Positions 62,901 through 64,000 of a stretch of DNA of 64,000 bases are shown piece after piece. The stretch is taken from positions 23,374,001 through 23,438,000 of the forward strand of contig CM068747.1 in NCBI GenBank assembly GCA_035084275.1. Reading direction: 5' to 3'. The stretch's first letter is position 1. Each line of letters starts with the position of its first letter. Source of the DNA: Hydrolagus colliei (Eukaryota). The position numbers were made by a program, and so were the translations under genes. Below the pieces are notes generated by a model, which did no database searches, had not been told where the DNA came from, and saw nothing but the letters and a program-made list of their open reading frames with translations.

Positions 62901-64000
62901 ACCAACTAGGCCAGAAGTCTACTTTATATCTTCGAGTGCCATATCCATTCGATGGGAAGAACCGTACCATGATGGTGGTAGCAAAGTCACTGGTTATTGG
63001 ATTGAAAAGAAGGAACGTAACAGTATTCTGTGGGTGAAAGAAAACAAAATACCATGCCTTGAGTGTCACTACAAAATATCTAGCCTGGTAGAAGGCCTGG
63101 AGTACCAGTTCAGAACCTATGCCATGAATAATGCTGGCTTAGGCAAAGCCAGTGAAGCATCCAGACCACAAACGGCTCAAAATCCTGTTGGTAAGTACAC
63201 GCTTTAAATAAGAGCTAATGTATACATGAAGCAATTGCACTTTTCTAAATCTGCAGCTAATGGGAGATTTCAAGTGAGAATAATATTTCCTTCTGTTTAC
63301 AATTATTTTTACAGATCCTCCAGGTCGACCTGAAGTTACAGATGTTGACAATTCTTCTGTTTCGTTGAAATGGACCGTGCCATTAAATGATGGTGGAAGC
63401 AAGATTATTGGCTATATTGTGGAGCGTAAGCCATATTCTGAGATTGGAGAAGGTCGCTGGCTGAAATGTAACTACACATCTATCATAGATACCTTCTACA
63501 CAGTGTCAGGACTCAGTGAATCAGAGGTTTATGAATTCCGTACTTTGGCTAAGAATGCAAATGGTGTCATCAGTACACCATCTGAATCCACTGGACCAGT
63601 CACTTGCAGAGATGAATATGGTATGTGTAAATAATGTACAATTCAATCATCTATAATTTTATTGTCAATAGCCATTGAATATAAAAGCAGACTTGAATTT
63701 CTTATTAACACTACAAAGTCGCTTTTGAAAGTCCCTTATGCACTTGTTGTTTATTTATATTTCCAGTACCACCAAAGGCTGAACTACACAGCAGACTGCT
63801 TGGAGAAGTGGTAACCATTAGAGCTGGCTCAGATCTTGTGCTTGATTCTTTTGTTGGTGGGAAACCTGATCCTAAGGTCTTCTGGTCTAAGGGAGACAAA
63901 GAACTGGAGCTTTGCGAAAAGATTTCTCTACAGTACACTAACAAGCGGGCCATCGCCATCATTAAGTTTTGCGACAGAAATGACACTGGAAGATACACAC
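461..64000 (+). CDS. TTN: Titin, partial multi-exon gene (end of I/A junction, D-zone D1-D6, C-zone C1 to mid C10); 78 exons in window
   Basis: Serial Fn3 (PGPP...W.PP..DGGS.I..Y..EK...W...YEFRV.A.N..G) and I-set Ig (G.P.P...W.K...D.G.Y...N..G) domains in titin 7- and 11-domain super-repeat order; continuous frame across splice sites. Confidence 0.99.
850..1149 (+). CDS. TTN: Titin exon (~266), I/A-junction Fn3
   Basis: cacacag|ATCCT...TACA|gtaagt; 300 bp. Confidence 0.93.
1261..1366 (+). CDS. TTN: Titin exon (~267), N-half of Fn3
   Basis: ccatag|CTACTCCTGG...CTGAG|gtgat; [34 protein letters not shown]; not in ORF track. Confidence 0.9.
1425..1520 (+). mobile_element. SINE 3'-tail fragment
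   Basis: gctttgagatgtc...gtgataaggcactatatcaactgcaagg-(att)n; tail recurs throughout the window. Confidence 0.65.
1558..1754 (+). CDS. TTN: Titin exon (~268), C-half of Fn3
   Basis: tccag|GTACGTC...ACAA|gtaagt; 106+197=303 bp. Confidence 0.92.
1859..2164 (+). CDS. TTN: Titin exon (~269), last I/A-junction Fn3
   Basis: tctag|GTGCT...GACT|gtaag; 306 bp. Confidence 0.92.
2308..2586 (+). CDS. TTN: Titin exon (~270), Ig, D1 domain 1
   Basis: aacag|GCAAC...ATTG|gtaag; 279 bp. Confidence 0.92.
2705..3004 (+). CDS. TTN: Titin exon (~271), Fn3, D1.2
   Basis: caag|GTTTG...AAGC|gtaagt; 300 bp. Confidence 0.92.
3228..3885 (-). mobile_element. 5'-truncated degenerate L2-type LINE with (AAGGG)6 at 3341-3370
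   Basis: (AAC)n tail and block-wise similarity to 30586-31250 (ccttgaaagtgagga..aggatcttgaatt..atcctctgg). Confidence 0.8.
3951..4253 (+). CDS. TTN: Titin exon (~272), Fn3, D1.3
   Basis: aacag|AACGT...GTTG|gtgag; 303 bp. Confidence 0.92.
4411..4788 (+). CDS. TTN: Titin exon (~273), Ig with charged insertion, D1.4
   Basis: cacag|AACGA...CTAG|gtaag; 378 bp. Confidence 0.92.
4923..5225 (+). CDS. TTN: Titin exon (~274), Fn3, D1.5
   Basis: gcag|ATACG...TTTG|gtaaa; 303 bp. Confidence 0.92.
5437..5736 (+). CDS. TTN: Titin exon (~275), Fn3, D1.6
   Basis: tttag|AACCT...GTCT|gtgagt; 300 bp. Confidence 0.92.
5848..6144 (+). CDS. TTN: Titin exon (~276), Fn3, D1.7
   Basis: ttcag|TACCG...AAAG|gtaat; 297 bp. 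Confidence 0.92.
6235..6519 (+). CDS. TTN: Titin exon (~277), Ig, D2.1
   Basis: ttacag|AGCCT...ATGG|gtaag; 285 bp. Confidence 0.92.
6630..6923 (+). CDS. TTN: Titin exon (~278), Fn3, D2.2
   Basis: tttcag|ATGTG...CTTG|gtaag; 294 bp. Confidence 0.92.
6985..7050 (-). mobile_element. L2 3'-tail fragment
   Basis: (aac)n aaaattacatttgtagagtgcctttcacgttgggaggacatcccaag. Confidence 0.7.
7110..7409 (+). CDS. TTN: Titin exon (~279), Fn3, D2.3
   Basis: tttcag|GTCCA...GAAG|gtaat; 300 bp. Confidence 0.92.
7505..7813 (+). CDS. TTN: Titin exon (~280), Ig, D2.4
   Basis: ccag|TGCCT...TTAG|gtaag; 309 bp. Confidence 0.92.
7940..8130 (+). CDS. TTN: Titin exon (~281), N-part of Fn3 D2.5
   Basis: tttag|ATAAA...TGGA|gtaag; 191 bp. 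Confidence 0.9.
8195..8410 (+). mobile_element. CR1-like LINE 3' fragment
   Basis: [13 protein letters not shown] matches the CR1 ORF2 C-terminal motif (FFS.RVV..WN), followed by a 3'UTR ending in ttcttattttcttatt. Confidence 0.65.
8470..8899 (+). CDS. TTN: Titin exon (~282), end of Fn3 D2.5 plus Fn3 D2.6
   Basis: ttttag|GTATGG...ATAT|gtaagt; 430 bp. Confidence 0.9.
9200..9508 (+). CDS. TTN: Titin exon (~283), Fn3, D2.7; GC donor
   Basis: ccaag|ATGCT...CTTG|gcaagt; 309 bp. Confidence 0.87.
9602..9750 (+). CDS. TTN: Titin exon (~284), N-part of Ig D3.1
   Basis: ttacag|AGGAA...GAAG|gtata; 149 bp. Confidence 0.9.
10734..10766 (+). CDS. TTN: Titin 33-nt micro-exon (~285), [11 protein letters not shown], inside Ig D3.1
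   Basis: tttgtttttgtccag|GATGAGATCCACAACTTACCAGCTGATGCAGAG|gtaat; symmetric phase 0-0; resembles human DGVHDIPEDAQ as recalled. Confidence 0.88.
10855..10970 (+). mobile_element. CR1 LINE 3' UTR/tail
   Basis: gagccggcacagactagatgggccgattggcctccttttgtgc...ttttatgattctatga, a CR1-type end with an 8-bp repeat tail. Confidence 0.7.
10977..11772. mobile_element. Non-autonomous Tc1/mariner-superfamily (Tc2/pogo-like) MITE
   Basis: TIRs ctgtaaatacccgcgtataaggcgcac and gtgagccttatacgtgggtatttacgg (24/27 match), TA on both sides; GA-rich core containing an assembly gap. Confidence 0.85.
11124..11357. other. Assembly gap (234 N)
   Basis: Run of N inside GGGA/GGCA low-complexity repeat. Confidence 0.99.
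11951..11992 (+). repeat. (CT)n microsatellite forming the polypyrimidine tract of the 11997 acceptor
   Basis: cctccctctctc...ctcgctctcgtag. Confidence 0.85.
11997..12126 (+). CDS. TTN: Titin exon (~286), C-part of Ig D3.1
   Basis: (ct)n cgtag|CTTGAAAGT...CTTG|gtacg; 130 bp. Confidence 0.9.
12224..12523 (+). CDS. TTN: Titin exon (~287), Fn3, D3.2
   Basis: tccag|ATGCC...ATCC|gtaagt; 300 bp. Confidence 0.92.
12640..12957 (+). CDS. TTN: Titin exon (~288), Fn3, D3.3
   Basis: ttcag|ATCCA...ACAT|gtaagt; 318 bp. Confidence 0.92.
13063..13359 (+). CDS. TTN: Titin exon (~289), Ig, D3.4
   Basis: tgtag|GTGCA...CTTG|gtaat; 297 bp. Confidence 0.92.
13547..13846 (+). CDS. TTN: Titin exon (~290), Fn3, D3.5
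   Basis: atcag|GACGC...TTCA|gtatgt; 300 bp. Confidence 0.92.
14075..14246 (+). mobile_element. SINE 3' half
   Basis: gactgtttatgggacactgctgtgtgcaattggctgc...gtgaagcgctttgagacgtccagaagatgtg...aaatgcaaggattattatt; close to the copy at 59965-60133. Confidence 0.8.
14285..14410 (-). mobile_element. SINE 3' fragment, opposite orientation
   Basis: ataataataat..ccttacatttga..gccttatcacatctttgagacgtctcaaagcg is the reverse complement of the tail. Confidence 0.7.
14470..14784 (+). CDS. TTN: Titin exon (~291), Fn3, D3.6
   Basis: ttccag|CTGTA...ATTG|gtagg; 315 bp. Confidence 0.92.
14879..15027 (+). CDS. TTN: Titin exon (~292), N-half of Fn3 D3.7
   Basis: ctatag|CACCA...GAAG|gtaagt; 149 bp. Confidence 0.91.
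15317..15467 (+). CDS. TTN: Titin exon (~293), C-half of Fn3 D3.7
   Basis: ctgcag|GCCAAA...ACAG|gtaag; 149+151=300 bp; not in ORF track. Confidence 0.91.
15574..15855 (+). CDS. TTN: Titin exon (~294), Ig, D4.1
   Basis: tctag|AAATT...TTAG|gtaagt; 282 bp. Confidence 0.92.
15948..16250 (+). CDS. TTN: Titin exon (~295), Fn3, D4.2
   Basis: gacag|ATGTC...ATGT|gtaag; 303 bp. Confidence 0.92.
16366..16668 (+). CDS. TTN: Titin exon (~296), Fn3, D4.3
   Basis: catag|CTGTC...CTTG|gtaagt; 303 bp. Confidence 0.92.
16760..17041 (+). CDS. TTN: Titin exon (~297), Ig, D4.4
   Basis: ttccag|TACCC...GTTG|gtaagt; 282 bp. Confidence 0.92.
17138..17437 (+). CDS. TTN: Titin exon (~298), Fn3, D4.5
   Basis: cccag|ACCGT...TTTA|gtaagt; 300 bp. 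Confidence 0.92.
17860..18162 (+). CDS. TTN: Titin exon (~299), Fn3, D4.6
   Basis: taaag|GGGTT...ATTG|gtatgt; 303 bp. Confidence 0.91.
18317..18625 (+). CDS. TTN: Titin exon (~300), Fn3, D4.7
   Basis: tacag|TCAAA...CTCG|gtaagt; 309 bp. Confidence 0.92.
18759..19040 (+). CDS. TTN: Titin exon (~301), Ig, D5.1
   Basis: ttgcag|AGGCT...TTAG|gtaat; 282 bp. Confidence 0.92.
19165..19464 (+). CDS. TTN: Titin exon (~302), Fn3, D5.2
   Basis: ttcag|ACAAA...TTAT|gtaagt; 300 bp. Confidence 0.92.
19569..19862 (+). CDS. TTN: Titin exon (~303), Fn3, D5.3
   Basis: tatag|CTCCT...TTAG|gttcgt; 294 bp. Confidence 0.9.
19986..22952 (+). CDS. TTN: Titin large exon (~304), 10 domains D5.4-D6.6
   Basis: tacag|TACCA...ATGG|gtatt; 2967 bp; Ig-Fn-Fn-Fn-Ig-Fn-Fn-Ig-Fn-Fn. 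Confidence 0.94.
23065..23385 (+). CDS. TTN: Titin exon (~305), Fn3, D6.7
   Basis: cacag|AACCA...CTAG|gtatg; 321 bp. Confidence 0.92.
23513..23797 (+). CDS. TTN: Titin exon (~306), Ig, C1.1
   Basis: cacag|AGCCA...CTAG|gtacg; 285 bp; [20 protein letters not shown]. Confidence 0.92.
23914..24213 (+). CDS. TTN: Titin exon (~307), Fn3, C1.2
   Basis: tctag|ACACA...GTCA|gtaagt; 300 bp. Confidence 0.92.
24325..24668 (+). mobile_element. Near full-length tRNA-derived SINE
   Basis: A-box-like ttggttagagc, B-box-like gagtatgattccc, body, and the shared tail gtgaagcactttgagatgtc...ggcgctatatcaaatgcaaagattattatt. Confidence 0.7.
24702..25004 (+). CDS. TTN: Titin exon (~308), Fn3, C1.3
   Basis: tttag|GCGAA...TTAA|gtaagt; 303 bp. 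Confidence 0.92.
25305..25580 (+). CDS. TTN: Titin exon (~309), Ig, C1.4
   Basis: tacag|TGGCA...ATGG|gtcagt; 276 bp. Confidence 0.92.
25730..26029 (+). CDS. TTN: Titin exon (~310), Fn3, C1.5
   Basis: ttcag|ATGCT...TTCG|gtaagt; 300 bp. Confidence 0.92.
26243..26545 (+). CDS. TTN: Titin exon (~311), Fn3, C1.6
   Basis: gacag|ATATT...GTTG|gtaagt; 303 bp. Confidence 0.92.
26658..26957 (+). CDS. TTN: Titin exon (~312), Fn3, C1.7
   Basis: aatag|ATCCA...CATG|gtaaa; 300 bp. Confidence 0.92.
27094..27381 (+). CDS. TTN: Titin exon (~313), Ig, C1.8
   Basis: ggcag|ACGCA...CTAG|gtaca; 288 bp. Confidence 0.92.
27496..27792 (+). CDS. TTN: Titin exon (~314), Fn3, C1.9
   Basis: ttcag|ACAAA...TACA|gtaag; 297 bp. 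Confidence 0.92.
27902..28204 (+). CDS. TTN: Titin exon (~315), Fn3, C1.10
   Basis: cacag|ATGTC...CAAT|gtaag; 303 bp. Confidence 0.92.
28303..28608 (+). CDS. TTN: Titin exon (~316), Fn3, C1.11
   Basis: ctcag|ATCCT...TTGA|gtaagt; 306 bp. Confidence 0.92.
28660..28732 (+). mobile_element. SINE tail fragment
   Basis: gaagcactttgagacatc...aaatgcaaggattattattattatt. Confidence 0.6.
28797..29084 (+). CDS. TTN: Titin exon (~317), Ig, C2.1
   Basis: aacag|TTCCT...CTGG|gtaagt; 288 bp. Confidence 0.92.
29195..29485 (+). CDS. TTN: Titin exon (~318), Fn3, C2.2
   Basis: atcag|ACTCT...TCAG|gtaac; 291 bp. Confidence 0.92.
29530..29858 (+). mobile_element. L2 LINE 3' end
   Basis: ctgctccatgtcc...ctttggaattccatcccacagtcccttcgcctcac...ccttgggacgtcctcctgac...(ttg)n. 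Confidence 0.8.
29902..30189 (+). CDS. TTN: Titin exon (~319), Fn3, C2.3
   Basis: tacag|AGGAA...ATTG|gtgagt; 288 bp. Confidence 0.92.
30586..31547 (-). mobile_element. 5'-truncated L2-clade LINE with ORF2 (RT C-terminal/thumb region) remnant
   Basis: [26 protein letters not shown]...[16 protein letters not shown]...[10 protein letters not shown]...[20 protein letters not shown]...[12 protein letters not shown]...[21 protein letters not shown] are typical L2 ORF2 motifs; (AAC)n tail at 30586-30600. Confidence 0.93.
31721..32311 (+). CDS. TTN: Titin exon (~320), Ig+Fn3, C2.4-C2.5
   Basis: cacag|TACCG...TTTG|gtaag; 591 bp. Confidence 0.92.
32399..32503 (+). CDS. TTN: Titin exon (~321), N-part of Fn3 C2.6
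   Basis: ctcag|ATGTA...ACAG|gtaaa; 105 bp. Confidence 0.9.
32555..32760 (+). mobile_element. Two tandem L2-type tail fragments
   Basis: gaagggcgctatacaagtataatt and gcgccttgaaacgttctcccaacgcgaaagacgctatacacatgtaattttgttgtt. Confidence 0.6.
32810..33007 (+). CDS. TTN: Titin exon (~322), C-part of Fn3 C2.6
   Basis: gccag|GTTAT...ATTG|gtagg; 198 bp. Confidence 0.91.
33107..33403 (+). CDS. TTN: Titin exon (~323), Fn3, C2.7
   Basis: ttcag|ATCCC...TATG|gtgcgt; 297 bp. Confidence 0.92.
33508..34095 (+). CDS. TTN: Titin exon (~324), Ig+Fn3, C2.8-C2.9
   Basis: cacag|AGGCA...TTTG|gtgagt; 588 bp. Confidence 0.92.
34115..34190 (-). mobile_element. SINE tail fragment
   Basis: aataataataatacttgcatttgatatagcgcctaatcacatcttcgaaacctctcaaagtgctt. 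Confidence 0.7.
34300..34645 (+). mobile_element. Deu-domain SINE (SacSINE1/AmnSINE1-like)
   Basis: gctgacactcc...gaggtgctatctttcggatgagacattaaaaccgaggccccatctg...caggtggatg..aaagatcc matches the Deu core as recalled; ends in the shared tail. Confidence 0.8.
34718..35020 (+). CDS. TTN: Titin exon (~325), Fn3, C2.10
   Basis: cctag|GTCCA...GCAT|gtaag; 303 bp. Confidence 0.92.
35304..52409 (+). CDS. TTN: Titin giant exon (orthologue of human exon 326): C2.11, C3-C7 complete, C8.1-C8.2 (58 domains)
   Basis: cacag|ACGTACC...GTGACAG|gtatgt; 17,106 bp, stop-free, inside the 5745-aa ORF. Confidence 0.97.
52490..52600 (+). mobile_element. L2 tail fused to a SINE fragment
   Basis: gccttgggacgtcctcccgaaaggcgctctataaatgtaattttgttgttg, then tttgtgggactgctgtgcgc. 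Confidence 0.65.
53147..53443 (+). CDS. TTN: Titin exon (~327), Fn3, C8.3
   Basis: ttcag|AAAAA...CTTG|gtgagt; 297 bp. Confidence 0.92.
53662..54249 (+). CDS. TTN: Titin exon (~328), Ig+Fn3, C8.4-C8.5
   Basis: ttcag|ATTCA...TACA|gtaagt; 588 bp. Confidence 0.92.
54346..54648 (+). CDS. TTN: Titin exon (~329), Fn3, C8.6
   Basis: tctag|CTACA...TGTG|gtagg; 303 bp. Confidence 0.92.
54766..55062 (+). CDS. TTN: Titin exon (~330), Fn3, C8.7
   Basis: ttcag|AACCC...TATG|gtaat; 297 bp. Confidence 0.92.
55154..55441 (+). CDS. TTN: Titin exon (~331), Ig, C8.8
   Basis: tatag|GTGCT...TTAG|gtatgt; 288 bp. Confidence 0.92.
55590..55889 (+). CDS. TTN: Titin exon (~332), Fn3, C8.9
   Basis: catag|ACAAG...TTTG|gtaag; 300 bp. 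Confidence 0.92.
56005..56307 (+). CDS. TTN: Titin exon (~333), Fn3, C8.10
   Basis: aatag|TTACA...ATTG|gtatgt; 303 bp. Confidence 0.91.
56424..56729 (+). CDS. TTN: Titin exon (~334), Fn3, C8.11
   Basis: ctcag|ATCCA...CTTG|gtaagt; 306 bp. Confidence 0.92.
56766..56950 (-). mobile_element. L2 LINE 3' end
   Basis: (aac)n aaaattacatttatagagcacctttcacgtcgggaggacgttccaagg...ggtcgaagagagggattttgaggccagccttgaagg. Confidence 0.75.
57036..58802 (+). CDS. TTN: Titin exon (~335), 6 domains C9.1-C9.6
   Basis: tgcag|AAGGG...GTTG|gtaagt; 1767 bp. Confidence 0.94.
58910..59203 (+). CDS. TTN: Titin exon (~336), Fn3, C9.7
   Basis: tacag|ATCCA...AGCA|gtaagt; 294 bp. Confidence 0.92.
59338..59625 (+). CDS. 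TTN: Titin exon (~337), Ig, C9.8
   Basis: tgcag|TACCG...CAAG|gtatt; 288 bp. Confidence 0.92.
59690..60133 (+). mobile_element. tRNA/Deu-type SINE, internally deleted, with a duplicated 3' part
   Basis: tRNA-like head gcctggctcagt...gtgggttcaggcc, Deu remnant aaaaatcccaaggcactatttgag, two copies of ctgtttgtgg.aca, and a full tail. Confidence 0.75.
60296..60595 (+). CDS. TTN: Titin exon (~338), Fn3, C9.9
   Basis: ttcag|ACACC...TACA|gtaagt; 300 bp. Confidence 0.92.
60705..62771 (+). CDS. TTN: Titin exon (~339), 7 domains C9.10-C10.5
   Basis: cacag|CTGCA...TATG|gtaagt; 2067 bp. Confidence 0.94.
62888..63190 (+). CDS. TTN: Titin exon (~340), Fn3, C10.6
   Basis: tgcag|TTCCA...GTTG|gtaagt; 303 bp. 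Confidence 0.92.
63315..63620 (+). CDS. TTN: Titin exon (~341), Fn3, C10.7
   Basis: tacag|ATCCT...TATG|gtatgt; 306 bp. Confidence 0.92.
63767..64000 (+). CDS. TTN: Titin exon (~342), Ig, C10.8; truncated by window end
   Basis: ttccag|TACCACCA; [41 protein letters not shown]...DTGRYT. Confidence 0.9.

Noticed and set aside
35285-63998. Many 60-250 aa minus-strand and off-frame ORFs over titin exons
   Set aside because: They recur with the super-repeat period and are shadows of titin codon usage; no independent domains or splice structure. No sequence evidence for an antisense gene.
1-64000. Cronos internal promoter, titin kinase/M-band, U12 introns
   Set aside because: Cronos lies upstream and the kinase downstream of this exon range; no GTATCCTT/ATATCCTT donors among the introns traced.

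Overview
Eukaryotic (vertebrate) genomic DNA. The whole 64 kb lies inside one + strand gene, titin (TTN), which is open at both ends. I traced 78 coding exons by hand (77 complete, the last cut by the window end); they join in one continuous frame through GT-AG introns plus one GC-AG intron. They encode the last four Fn3 domains of the I/A junction, all six 7-domain D-zone super-repeats (Ig-Fn-Fn-Ig-Fn-Fn-Fn), and C-zone 11-domain super-repeats C1 to domain 8 of C10. Anchoring on the giant exon at 35304-52409 (17,106 bp, the published length of human TTN exon 326), these correspond to human meta-transcript exons ~265-342; that numbering is inferred. Introns are mostly ~90-150 bp; longer ones carry L2 and CR1 LINE 3' ends, tRNA-derived/Deu-domain SINEs and one TA-flanked MITE. 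This repeat set suggests a cartilaginous fish, probably a chimaera/elephant shark (inference). I found no new gene or pathway. The most notable items are splicing architecture: a 33-nt micro-exon absent from the ORF track and bracketed by a duplicated intronic block, a GC-AG in-frame intron, and a duplicated donor site just before the giant exon.
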